DNA of 64,000 nt from Utricularia gibba (Eukaryota; Plantae; Magnoliophyta): contig CM007991.1 of the NCBI GenBank assembly GCA_002189035.1, positions 1,302,001 through 1,366,000 of the forward strand. The letters run 5' to 3'. The notes beneath the pieces are model-generated. The model was not told where the DNA came from. It saw only the letters and a program-made list of their open reading frames with translations, and did no database searches. Positions within the stretch are counted from its first letter, which is position 1; the number at the start of each line of letters is the position of its first letter. The position numbers were made by a program, and so were the translations under genes. Positions 42,128-56,337 of this stretch are shown piece after piece.

Positions 42128-43250
42128 ATAGCGGTGGCGGTGGGAACCGGAAACGCTGGGCGTTCACGTTGTTGTCCATCTCTTGTTACATAAGGAAGGG
42201 TTCTGCCGCGTTTTGTCACTTGCAATACAAGTCGATTTTATGTTAAGACAAAAATTGTCGCATTTTCGCTAATTTCATTTTTATAATAAAATAATTAACA
42301 ATGAGTTAAAACCATTTTTCATTGATGCAAAAAAGAAAAGTGAAAATTACTTAAATTTCACATTGCATAACGAACCAGCTTAAGTAACAAATGTTATGGG
42401 TCTGTATAATTTATCTCAAACAATAAGTTAAAATTTTTACAGCATGGAAAAATTCAATTTCCAAGTCTAATTTCATGGACATTTTTATGAATTAATAGTG
42501 GAGATGTTGTCTGTTTAATATGTTTCGATATACTTTTTTAGAAAAAAATGATATATACCAATTTTACTATATATGTCATACAAAATGCTATTTTTACCAT
42601 TGAAGAAAATAGCGATAGTGTCTCATTTCAAAAACAGTTTTTATATTTAATTTTATATAAAAATAAATAAAAGTTTAAAAAACACTGTTTAAGATGTGAT
42701 ATGTTTTCTAGTTTTTGAAAATTTTTTAATTTTATAAAATTAGAAGTCAATGAAAATTGATTTTTATATTACTTTATGAAAAGGGGAGATGCATGGCCCC
42801 ACCTACACCCAAGGCAACGCAGTAGCTATAAATGTCAACGTGCAATCATGCAATCGAAGCGCATTGGCAAAGGGAATGTCTCACGTCTCAGTGACAAAAA
42901 AGTGAAAGCTTCTACAAAAATGTCAATGGCTCCAAAGCATTGAAGATCTAGAACCATGGCGTAGTATGCAGAGAGGAGGTTGATGAGGGAACATGTAGCT
43001 GAAAAAGTCAACTAACAGCCAAAACAACCGGATCCTCTTTCCCTGCTGTGGCTTTAATACGTAGCTCTATTCATGTTGCACCAGATCTTTAGCCGTCAAT
43101 TCAGAATCTCTGGATGCAACTTTTTTTTGGGGGTGTGCGAGCCCTCATGCACACAGCTTCCAAAGGAGAATCAGGTAATGATAACAGTTAGCGGCGTCAA
43201 CTAGAAACACTGTTACCAGTTGCTCCCAATGCTGTTTGTCCTCAACACTT

Positions 43251-44641
43251 TTAGCTCGGTTTGCAGTGTTTATTCCAGCAGCAGCAGCATGAGTGTGTTT
43301 GATGGTTGTTTGAGTCTGGCTTTGTCGATGGGTGTATCTCTCTATCATTCAGACCAAGCCCAGAAACCCCATCAGGAGTGCTGCAGCAAAGAAAAGAACG
43401 GCAATGTCAATGTCCTGCTGTTTCAGCTTGCGAAATATTGCAAGATTGGAATTAGCGTTCTCATATGTAAGATATCAACACATATGTCATGAGAGGCCTT
43501 GCTGATCCCGCGTGTGCTGCAGACAAGCCTTGTAACTCAATTGCAAGGCACGGTTAAAATAGAAGTTCAGCGGTGTTGCAAGTAGAAATAGCTTCTTTGT
43601 TAATTTGAATGTTGTACCTTAGTCACACTTTCATTCAACATGGTTCCTTTAAAAACAGATCATTCTTTAAGCTTGAGTTAAGTATACCCACAACTACACT
43701 GGGTAACCTATGGCTCTGGTGGACATAGAACTCGTATGAGGGATTCAAGTGAGCTGCAACCAAACAAATGTCTATTGCTAGCTAATGAGGTAACAAATGA
43801 CAGCATGAGGTACGGGCATTGCATGCCTATACTAAGAAACAAGGGGTATAGAAATGTGACAGCATAAGGACTGAATCCTGCACAGAGGAGCAAAGGAATC
43901 ATGCAAGCTCTGAATACCAACTCTTCTGTAAGTGGTGCCTGATTTAGAGAACCAGAAAGGGAGTACTTATGGAGCACCATGAACTTCAGTGATTGCATAT
44001 TGCTGCTTCATAAAGGCCTTGGAGAAAGAAAGGAAATATAATATGATACATAAGCACCATCTAGAGATGGGGCAGCAACTGACTAGGACAAAGGGTAAGA
44101 GGATCACTTACCACAATATAGTTATGCTAACATAAGATTCTCGAAGTTGCTAAAACAGTTTCTCAAGTGATGCTCGAAATAACCCAGATACCCATGCATT
44201 AAAACTTTCATTTTCATCTTGGGCTTCAAAGGAAAGAAGTCAGTACAAGGTGAAAGATAACAGATTGTGACTGTTAATACAGAAAATTGCATTTACCAAT
44301 CAGCCACCTCAATCTGAAAGCCATAAAATCATCCCAAAACCATAAAAGTGTCCTCATAATGTGATCGAATCTGATGCCATAAACCCCGAGGATGTCTATA
44401 GAATCCCAGCTTCTTATCTCGAAAAAATCACAAAAAAAGAAATCATAAATCCATACGTATAAAGAAACATCGGGGAATTTAAATTACGCCTATGAAGCGG
44501 CCATACAGGACTTGAACGAGGTGGCAATCGAAGCCCCAGTGAAAGAAAACGCATGATTCCAACGTACAAAACCGGTAGCGCTGAGCAGGGGCCTACCTCC
44601 GCCGCCTTCGTTATCCTCCCGTCGTTCAGTTCCACGGCCAT
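43251..44641 (-). pseudogene. FACE2: CAAX prenyl protease 2 (RCE1/FACE2) pseudogene
   Basis: Exon relics in the expected order: MAVELNDG...LRLPPRSS, IRSWDSIDILGVYGIRFDHI, VLATSRILC*HNYIV, APLTEELVFRACMIPLLLCAGF, AHLN, GH* and TKPDSNNHQTHSCCCCW. Premature stops (e.g. TAG 44129-44127), a donor reading AT instead of GT, and deletions. Confidence 0.85.
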
Positions 44642-45796
44642 CGGAAATCGAACGCGAATAGCGTCAGCGCTGGTGTCCTGAGTAGAGTTGGGCGCAGGAT
44701 CGGGCCAATACGTAAAACCATGGGCTACAAAGCCCATCATCCATGACCCAAAAACCCAACGCAGCTCATCAACCGCCCAGCCCATACTCTGAAACGGGCT
44801 TGCAATAAAAATTGACCACTAACAAACAACCACGTGTACTTTCTTGCCTTTTTCGCCCGCACACGCCCACCTTCTTCCGAAAGGGAAATCCCACCGTCTC
44901 CACATGAGAAGCGAAAAACAAATAATCATAACTCGTGAACGCTGAAGCCACACGTTTCAACCTTCAACGGTCCACCCAACACCAGTCGGCACGCACCCGT
45001 ACGCGCCGCGGGCCCCTGCCCATTTATTACATGAACCCTCATATCGCCCATTTGTACTCTTTCTCGATTAAAATAATGAGGAGGTATTTTGACTTTTCTC
45101 CAAAAATAACCGCCTAATACTCGTCGACCACTCCACCTTTTTTTGGAACAAAAAAAACATGCTTTTTATATTTATCGGATTCTCATATGGACAGAATTTT
45201 TTTAATAATATTATTAGTGAAAGAAGGTTGATGACATGAATTGGTTCCAAATCCATGCTTCCCTAAAAATAACTGCCCATGAATTTGGCTTGGCCAAAAT
45301 TTTTTTTAAAAAAATAGGTATATATTTAAAAGAAGCCGGAGTGAAGTGTTGACCTTGGGGTGTTTCTGAAAATTTCCATAAAGTCAACGGTCGAGTAAGC
45401 GGGTTGTAGCTTTGTTAATTCAACGCTAATTTTGTTTAGGGTTGTTATTAAATATATTGATACCCCCCATACGTCACCTTTCTATCTGCTCTAATGGTAT
45501 ACGTTACCGATGGATGAGTCATCGTTTTCTAAAACGAAAACTACGTCGTTTTTGGCAAGAAGTCAAATCGTAATTTAAATGAGAATTGAAGTTTTTTCCT
45601 TGATGGCTTGGTTGAGAAAGGGTAAATTAGTCATTTGGGATTTTGATTTAAAAATATTGTTGGTGGTGGGGGTAATATTTAAATTTGGAATAAAATATCT
45701 TTCGTTCGTATTATAAGTAGCCTCTCTCTGCGATCATATTCCCATCTTCTTCTTCATCATCACTCCATCCATTCAAATCGATCGGTTGATTTCATC

Positions 45797-47384
45797 ATGG
45801 TGAGCGTCTTCTTCATACCGAATCTGTTTCAGGAGTGTTATTCGGAGTTGTAAATAATTCTATTGATCTTTTCCCTCAGGTGACGGCGAACGAGATCAAT
45901 TACGAAGAGGTGAGTAACAGAACGCTTCGATCATCGGAAAAGCCCTAGCCGTAGGTCGTAATCGCCGCTCGGTTCTTGCAGGAATACGTGGTGAATTCGA
46001 GAGGATTGAGGATGTTCACTTGTCGGTGGTTTCCGGCGAACTCGGAACCGAAGGCGTTGATCTTCTTATGCCATGGCTACGCGATGGAGTGCAGCGTCTC
46101 CTTCAGAGGTGCCCTTTTTTTTTTCCGATGACGGTTCAAATTTGGAAAAAGTCAAATATGAAACGGCGTCGTGCAGGATGTGCGACACGGCTAGTGAAAG
46201 CTGGATACGATGTTTACGGCGTTGACTGCGAGGGACACGGCAAGACCGCCGGCCTGCAGGGCTATATCCCCTGTTTTGATGACGTCGTCGATGACCTCTC
46301 CGACTACTTCACCACTATTTCCGGTGAGGATCCTCAAAATTTTGAATTATTTACTTTCTTTTAATTAGATTCTAAATTTCATACATTTTAAAATATAAAG
46401 CCAATCGACGCCGTGAATTATGTTCCTGAATATTTTGTATTAAAAGAATTTGGTTTACTTCATTGGTAAGGTGTCATCTCAGGTGACGATAAGATTTCAA
46501 TTAATGTGATAAGGATGCGTGGGAAATGGGCCACAAATAATGTATTTTTTTGAAGATCAATTATATGGACTTCCCTGAACACATAGCGATTTTTAATATT
46601 CAGAAAAAAGGGAAAACAGGAGGAAGACAAGATTTTTATTGGGTGAATCCATGGGGGGAGCCACGGCCCTGCGCCTCCACCGGAAGAAGCCAGAGTACTG
46701 GGATGGTGCCATCCTCATAGCTCCGATGTGCAAGGTAACAACTTATTCCTGCCATGCCACGTTTTTTCCAGAGCTCCAATGAAGCATTATGATGTTGCAG
46801 ATTGCGGATGATGTGAAACCCAGTCCACTTGTCATTAGTGTGTTGACAAAATTATCCCGTGTGGTGCCAACTTGGAGACTTACCCCAACTCCGGATATCA
46901 TTGACTTGGCTTTCAGAGATCCAGAAGTCAGAAAAGAGGTAGCCTTTCTTTTCTGCAATGGATTTGCTACATTCAGACAAAAAACTGATGATTTAGTGCC
47001 CTGTCTCAGATTAGATCCAATCCATATACTTACAAAGGGTGGCCGAGACTGAAGACTGCCAACGAGCTACTAAATGTAAGCAGCGACTTGGAGAAAAGGC
47101 TAAACGAGGTTAATTTGCCCTTCATCGTTCTCCATGGTGAGGAAGACAAGGTGACATCTCTATCAGTGAGCCAGGAGCTCTTTAAACTGGCAATCTCTTC
47201 CGACAAGACCTTCAAGTCATACCCTGGTATGTGGCATTCTTTGTCGTACGGCGAGTTGCCGGAGAATATCGACGTTGTGTTTTCCGACATCGTGCAATGG
47301 CTGCATGAAAGGGTTTCCTCGAAGAATGATATCTTGAAAGAGCAACAGAAGTTGGGTGATGAGGATCACTGTGACAAAGCTTAG
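45797..47384 (+). CDS. Alpha/beta-hydrolase of the monoacylglycerol lipase / caffeoyl-shikimate-esterase-like family
   Basis: Seven exons, the first being ATG only (45797-45799). CHGYAMECS, GHGKT, nucleophile GESMGG, LHGEEDKVT and YPGMWHSL. Confidence 0.92.
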
Positions 47385-48140
47385 TGTTAATGATGTAATT
47401 AGTTTGCTGTTACTTCTCATTCCATGTCCTTTTACATGTAATGCATATTTTAAAATATCACTTAATTGTGACGAAACTATCATTATCCTCTAAAATTAAT
47501 AAGTAATTTATTTAATTAGTAAATGATTAAATATATTTAATTATCATTATAAAATTTGAATGATTTTTAATTTATATAATTATTAGAATAATTAATTATC
47601 GGTTGATATCATTATTTTTTATCAGTAAATATTTTTTTTTGTTTTTTAGAATAAAAAATTAAAAATATTTAATTCTGATTACAAGATTTAAATAATATTT
47701 ACTTTATAGGATTATTTAGAAAATTAAATGAACAAACTATCTATTTGTAACGATTTAAAACATTAAATATGATGTTAAATTTTGTACGTGTCTATTCATA
47801 TCATTATTAAATATATAGATTTAACTTCTGATTTATTGGATAATGTATAATTTATAATTGATACAAATATTCCGTTTGTCTATTCAATATTTTAATTAAT
47901 TACATAAAATATAAATTATAATTAAGGTCATTATTTTTTAAATCTTTTAATTATCTACAAATTAAACAAAATAATTACTATTAAAAAGGTATCTTATAAA
48001 AATTAATAAATTATTAATATAACTAACAAATTTAAATTTGTTTATCCCAATTTTCAATATTATTACAATCAAAGAGTACCCTCATAGCATCAAGCCATGC
48101 CCAAGATCTCTTCTTATTGTAATCATATTGGACTGTTCCT

Positions 48141-50432
48141 CTACGTATTCATCTGCAGTGGCCTCTTCATGCTCCAAGCGCTCAGCCTCTTTATTCTAAT
48201 GGTCTCTGTCCCATTGTTGAAAACGTAGAGATGGACCTTGTCAAAAATCGCCAGAGTTGGATACACACGAGATGTGATTACTGTTTTCCCACCCACTGCG
48301 AAGCTCTCCACCACAGAATGATCAATCTGGGCAAAGGAACAAATCAGTTGAAGTTTCAGTGGCTCGAAATGGAGTAATGTAAGGTGTGATTTCATTTGGG
48401 TACCAGGCTGCGTAAAGAGAGGGTCTTCTGCTTCAGATCTACATCTACAAATCCTCCAAAAGAGGGTCGGTATGCATTCGTTCCACCCTTTATCTGAGAC
48501 GCCCCACTCATCAGTGTGGACCTGTTGTGTATCAGAAACATGGTTAGTGGTGTTTCAAAGGGTAAATGTTGAAGATGGTTTTACCTTGAAGCATCTGAGC
48601 ATAGAAAAACTAGATGTTGGTTTTGATCCTTGAAGATTCTGAAGAAAACGGGGGTGTACTCTTCCATGTTTTTGGAAGCTAATGTGATAAGACCGAATGG
48701 TCCCAATCCTCCCTTGATTGTGGAATCCCTTAGCCTGCAAATCTTTTGTGCATCATATTTGGTCCAGGAAGGATGGAAAGGTTCCACGTGATCCAAATTA
48801 TCAAACACAAATGTTATCTCAACATCTGCCTGTGCAGCAGTGATTCCACTGATTTCAAGAACATCTCCATTAGAAAGAGATTTGTCTGTCAGCTGCACCT
48901 TCGTTGTTCTGAGTTTTTTAACTTCGTTGATGGGCCACTGACGCAGCTGTCTCCCATTTGGATCCAGTTTCAACGTCCTGGGAATCAACTGAAAGAGGAA
49001 ACAAGGATGACAAACTTTCAGACAGTACTTAAGTTACAGAAATTGTGTTGTGTACCTGAATACCAGCCCATCCTTTTTGAATATCATTTTCTACTGTGTC
49101 AGATTCATTTGCCCATCCCCACAAAAGCCTACGTTTCTTGCTTGGATCGTAGAACGATTTTGATGCATAAAAGTTGCCATAGTCGTATCTCAACCCATTC
49201 CAGCCATCGATCATGCCCTCATCCGGAGTGAATCTATCCATCTTATGATCATATGTTCCAATCGTGTAATACTCGTATCTCTTGAGATCGAGACTCACCT
49301 TCATTACATGCTTCACACGGTTGCCGGAAACTGATGTGTCAAGCCCATATCCGCCATTAACTGAAACAGGGAAGAAATCGGGACACTCAAAGTTTCCCGT
49401 TCCATCAACAGAATGCAGTGGATGTTTAGCCTTGATCCAATGCTTGAAGTCTTTACTTCGGTAGAGATACGCCATTCCACGATGCTTTCTCAGCCCACCG
49501 ATGGCAATTCTCCAGTGATTGTCCTGACCAAACCATGCTGTTGTGGGATCACGAAAGGTAGTCTTGTTGATGGAATCATCAGGCACAATCAATGGATTAT
49601 CATTAGGCTTGATCCAGTGTCGAAGAAAAGGGTCTGAGAGGTTCTTTGGAATAGCATAGTTTTGAACCTGTGTCTTGTTCCTGTCGATTACTCCTGTGTA
49701 CAAGATCACTGGTTTTTTTCCGAGTATGGTCACAGAACCAGACCAGCAGCCATATCTGTCAAATGGCTTTGAGGGAAAGATGGCTGGTCTAACTCGTATC
49801 CAATTGATCAAATCTTTTGAGACTGAATGAGCCCACACTATGTTCCCCCAAACAGCTCCCTTTGGATTGTATTGATAGAAAAGATGATAAACTCCATTAA
49901 AATACATTGGGCCTATTGTCAGAAACACCAACTTACAGACAATCAGAAAAACCCTTGTTTGATCACAAGATACAAAGAAATCAAGTATTGGATGCTAACC
50001 ATTAGGGTCTGTTCTTGATGGTGGTCGATCAGCCAAGGAAGAAGACAACGAGACAAAAACCCCATTAATATAGAATTCAAGAATTCATCATCAGTCAAGA
50101 GAAATTTAAGATAAAGTGCACTTGTTAGAAACAAGACAAAAACCTGTCTTTAGATGCTCAAAAGCCATTACATGGATTATGAAATCTAAGAAGTTATGGT
50201 AGATGGGACGAAAAATAAAAGATCAAATAAGCTTTTAACCGTTAATCCAGTTCTTCGATGGCTGAAAATGGTACCCAGTGCGATGCTCCTCCCTAACATT
50301 CACCGGCGATATACTCTCTAGATTCACTAAAAGATCATGTGAACCATGGGTGATACTTATGTTGAAGATTGCTAAAAGACATGAGACACAAGCAAGCAAA
50401 CAACACTTGGCATATGCCCCTGAAAACTCCAT
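48141..50432 (-). CDS. CWINV: Cell-wall invertase (GH32), CWINV2/4 clade
   Basis: Signal peptide, [16 protein letters not shown] (split by the mini-exon), [32 protein letters not shown] and IDHSVVESF. Six exons. Confidence 0.95.
50000..50008 (-). other. 9-nt mini-exon of the invertase NDPN motif
   Basis: Minus strand reads ...AACAG|ACCCTAATG|GTTAG, completing D-P-N-G; a hallmark of plant acid invertases. Confidence 0.92.
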
Positions 50433-51303
50433 TACTGGAGTTCCAAGAGCAACCAGAAATGACTAAATCCCTTCACCGTGAACATCATTGAGGACGAGAA
50501 GGTGGTATTTATAGAGACGGAGGGCGAGATCGAGCAAGATGACGACGTGTAGGCGTAGGAAGCTACTGAATCAAATTTTATTTTACAAATGAAAGACCCA
50601 TTACACTAAAGAATCGTTCTTTATTTCTTAACTCTCACCTATAATGTCTACCAAACAAAATACCGTAAAAAGAGCACTAGCCAATAGGCATAATCCGAGC
50701 AAGATTCTGTATCTGAAGAATTTATGGTGAAGAGCAGGAGACCATCCTTTTGGGTTTTATTTTCTACGTTCTGAAAGCAAAGAATTAAAAGGTTAACCGC
50801 GTCATCTACCAACGAACGAACAGTGCATCTGATTCCATTACACAACTAAAATTTTTGTCTGTGAGTCATAAAAAAACCCTATAAAAAGAGAAGAGAACTT
50901 TATGTGGTGTTTCAGCGAAGCCAAGAGCCAAGCATCACTTTTTGTGTAATGGAAACACAACTTTATGAATCACTTCACCGAATTTCTTGAACAAGAAATC
51001 CCACAACACCAGACTGCATAGCGTGATGGGCAGATTTTTGCGCATGCCAAGAGCTCGCTTCTCCTCTTTGCAAAAGTGGAACTCCACTACTGCATCGTAA
51101 TTTGCCAGCCCCATTGGGTTCTCCATAGTAGAAAAAAAAAAAAAAAAAACTTTGTCAGTTAGTAAAACCACGCGCCAAAATAAAAAAAAGTGTTTTTAAT
51201 GGAGAGTAAGAATTACCCCGTGATGGATTAGGGTTAGAGGTACAAAAGGGAGGCTAGATCTTGGTAGACTTAGGATTTAAGAGCTAGCTAGGGTTAGGGT
51301 TTT

Positions 51304-51421
51304 CATTGGCCATAATCTCGTGTTATTGTAGTGTGGGTAATTAATTACACCACGTAAGTTTAGTCAGCAGAGTGATTAATGGGTTGCATTGCCCATAATC
51401 TCGTGTTATTGCAGTGTGAGT
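51304..51421. repeat. ~35 bp direct repeat, two copies 83 bp apart, next to TAGGGTT tracts
   Basis: CATTG(G/C)CCATAATCTCGTGTTATTG(T/C)AGTGTG at 51304 and 51387. Confidence 0.75.
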
Positions 51422-51684
51422 GCAAATTATTTTGACATTATTACATTAAAATTTTAAGTTTTTAACGGTGTCCAATTAATAATAATAATCGAAATTTACA
51501 ATTTTTTTAAGAGTGCTCAATTCTTATTGGCTGGTTAATAATAATATTTAAAAATTATTATTAGAATAGAAAAAGTATTAAAAGAGATATTAAATATACA
51601 TGCTCTAAAAGTTATAAGGCAAAAATGGGCGATATAAATTGGACGATTAGAAACTGAATTGAAAAAATAATTGAAACCGCGCAT

Positions 51685-51781
51685 GGCCCATTTAAGAACC
51701 CGGCCCGATTAGAAAACAATTGACCACTGGGCCAATACAATTCGCACTAGAATACGAGGCCCCCAGCAGCGACTAGGGTTT
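51685..51781 (+). promoter_or_regulatory. Site II motifs plus telo-box of the RPS14 promoter
   Basis: GGCCCA 51685, TGGGCC 51728 and TAGGGTTT (AAACCCTA reversed) 51774-51781: the canonical combination for plant ribosomal-protein genes. Confidence 0.7.
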
Positions 51782-51828
51782 CTTCTTGAACTCACGAAGT
51801 TGTCCGTTTCTCCGTCGACGCCGGCGCC

Positions 51829-53199
<1,371 letters not shown>

Positions 53200-53382
53200 T
53201 GAGATGGTTTCAGTTTATTAACACGTGATCTCACTATCTGAAACGAATAGTTCTTGTCCTAGCCCCATTTTCTAATGCGGATCACAAAACTTAACTAGTT
53301 TCTGAGACATGCTCCTGTTTCCACTGTTTCAAATCTGATATCTTACATGGGTGTTTCTGAGACATGTGCCACTTAGCGCCTA

Positions 53383-54211
53383 CTATATAGTTGCTAGTTG
53401 GACACATTTCTTCAAGGCTTCTAACAGGCTTGTCATAATCCTTGGTTCTCCGGGAGCTGGTTTCCCTTTTGAAGGCCCTTTTCGAATAGCTCGGAAGACT
53501 GGATTCGAATTTTCAGTGCCCGGAAACACCAAGCAATCTATGTATACAGGCACTTCGACCTGCCCATCGGATCCGATCACAGTGAAACCCAGTCTTGCTC
53601 CACCAAGAACCTTGTCAACCTGCATGTTAGAATCCCTAGCTTGTAGTAACTGGTTAAGCCGAGTTATCCTGCATTACATCTTTCTAGTGCATGTTCCCCC
53701 TAATCGACAAGCGAGGACAGACATTCAGCTGCATTTAGAATAAACTGTTGTTTACCTTGAGCGGTACTTCGAGCGGCAAGTTCGAGCCTTGGAATAAACT
53801 GTTGGCCCACTGCAAAAGCAAACACAACATTGCAGTCCAAAATTAGAGCTGCTACCAACATGAAGAATGGCTAAGCTTATCAAACTTGGGGAAAGAACAG
53901 GGGAGAAGAAGCTTGAGATCCTGCCTGAAAAAGCAAGATTTCAAATCTAGCCACATTGACGTTGGGGGCAGCTTCATGGTTCCTAAAGAAACTCCCTCCT
54001 CCGCCGGCGAAACTCTATCCGTCGACGATGCCTTCAGAACCACAGCAAAGCAATCGTGTCTACTGAAAACTTGAGAAGAACCAAGACTTGGGATAAGGTT
54101 TTTGCTGCCTAAGGACAGCTGCGGCAAGTGTTTGATGCGGCAAGATGGGGAAAACAGCCGGTGGGCGGTGACATTTTTCCCGATTGCAAGTTTCCCGGCC
54201 ACCGAAGCCAT
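53383..54211 (-). CDS. Uncharacterised plastid protein (At2g36145-like); GC-AG intron and apparent frameshift
   Basis: Transit-peptide-like N-terminus, GVSLGTMKLP, WANSLFQGSNLPLEVPLKVD, VYIDCLVF and PGEPRIMTSLLEALKK. Exons 54211-53925, 53809-53756 and 53619-53383. Confidence 0.8.
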
Positions 54212-54542
54212 GCTCGGTATAAGGTTTCTGGTTCCCGAGTCTGCGAATAAGAAGAAAAATGTGGTGGCCAGGCAGTGACAATGGGATAGGGAAATGGGTG
54301 GTGATTTGAACTACACCACGTGTTCGTTTGTTATTTGCCAATACAATTTTGAAGCAGGCATCTTTTACAAAGCCAGAACACATAAGATTTCATGACAACT
54401 TTTACTTGCCTAAAAAACAGCACAATTCAACTGCAGAGTCACGCATGGATCTAGTACAAGTACACATGCGTTCTGTAGAAATCATCAGCGAATAAAAGTT
54501 TCGACCTTGATATCTGATTACTTCGGTTCTCTCGAGTCTCAA

Positions 54543-55751
54543 TTAATCCACAACAGCAGCCCTGAGAATCTTCACGTCGTGCAAGGGCCTGCAAGAGATT
54601 AAGCACACAGATATGGTTTGTGCAATCTCACATACTTGCTATGTTTACTCATCACATTTACAGGAATTCTATCGGAGAAATGGGGGACAAGTTTGCATAC
54701 CGATCACTGTTATCGGTTTGGACACTGCCAAGTCTCTTGACAATCTCCATGCCTCTAGATACTCTGCCAAAGATTGTGTGCTTTCCTGCAAGAGAAAACC
54801 TCTTGAATCAGCTATTGGTATATAACAAGGTTGAAAATAATAACGCTTCCATTGTTAACAACAATTACCGTCGAGCGAGGAAGCAGGTGCCAAAGTTATA
54901 AAAAACTGGCTCCCATTTGTGTTTGGCCCTGCATTTGCCATCGATAGGATACCAGCTCCTGTATGCTTCAACTCCCTGGTTATCTCATCATCAAAGTGCT
55001 TGCTGCAGTACATGATTATGGATAAGAAAAATCATCTTATCATAAAACCTAGAACCTTTCAAATGGGCAACCAAGCGGTGCGCAATCAGCACTAGGCCCG
55101 CAAAAAGAAGCAAGACCTATACTATTCGACAAAAGACATAGTTACACGGATACTCGCCGTGCCCCAGACCACAGAAAAAAGGGTACGTATGTAAACACCA
55201 TCCTGAGACAACTAATATGGTATCTATCATGTTTCGCGCAAGGGATAAATGAGTATACGAACAAAAATGGCGGCAAGAAGGAAAACCAAATCTAGAAATA
55301 GCAGCTAACTACAAAAGCAATGGATCCATAAACAAATAACTAACTGAAATCTCCAAAAATTCAGGTTGAATAATCTTTCAAAATCCATCATAAATCAAGC
55401 ACCTCAATGCAGATCAAACCTACCCATAGATGGATGCCCCACCTCTCCCAGTTCCAGTAGGATCACCTCCTTGAACAATGAAATCCTAAAAAGCAGTTAA
55501 AAAAACGCAATGAAATTCCTTCTCATCCAAAAAGTAGCCAACACTTGGAATATAATAAACAGCGTCAAGAATAAAACCTGTATGATTCTATGGAACTTGA
55601 CGTTGTCATAGTAACCCTTGCGAGCTAGGGTTATGAAATTCTCGCAAGTTCTTGGCGCGTGCTTGTAATACATCTCAAAAGTAATGGGCCCCATCGAAGT
55701 TTCGAGGGTGACCTCCGGAGCGCCGCCCTCCACTCTCTCCCTGAGCGCCAT
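54543..55751 (-). CDS. CYP18-2: Cyclophilin peptidyl-prolyl isomerase, PPIL1/CYP18-2 type (spliceosomal)
   Basis: [22 protein letters not shown]|[47 protein letters not shown] and HTIFGRV over 5 exons. Confidence 0.94.
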
Positions 55752-56337
55752 CGCCGGCAGTTTCAAAACACCATCGCAGCCGCTTCCGTCAAATATACAT
55801 ATAAATAAAAACAGATAACAAATAAATCCGTCATGGGCCGGCCAATTGGGCTTTTGCCGCCCAAATATGACCGTTGAATCGGATCCTGTATTCCCATGAA
55901 AATGACACAAATACCCATACAATTTTCATATTGACCAATGATGTCATAAATCAATATTTTTACTTCAATTTTTTTATCCAAATGATTCTCACAATTTGTG
56001 TAGAATGTGATTTATGTAAATAAAATCAGTACCAAAAATACGATTTATTTATCAAAATTAATTCTACGATTTTAAATAATAATAAAAATAATATGAGTAA
56101 TAAAAAATTAAATTAAATTTTTTAGCACAAATGCGTTATCCCTCTCTTTCCCATTCGTAAGCCATATTTGACTCTTTGTTCTTAGCAGACTATTTTTTAA
56201 ATTATTATTGGGGTATTTTTTTGAATTAATTTTTATGATTTAATTCAGTCATTCTTTGAAAAGAAAACGTCAAAGAGACCTTTATATGGACTAGTTGGAA
56301 GCATACCCACTGAAAAACAGAGCAAAATTGGAAAAAC

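Noticed and set aside
47460-48060. Very AT-rich 600-bp spacer between the hydrolase and invertase genes
   Set aside because: No discernible repeat unit or termini; treated as ordinary intergenic DNA.
50935-51171. 78-aa minus-strand ORF upstream of CWINV, considered as a ubiquitin-L40 relic because of expected synteny
   Set aside because: Starts at a non-ATG codon, and I could not align it to RPL40 or ubiquitin.
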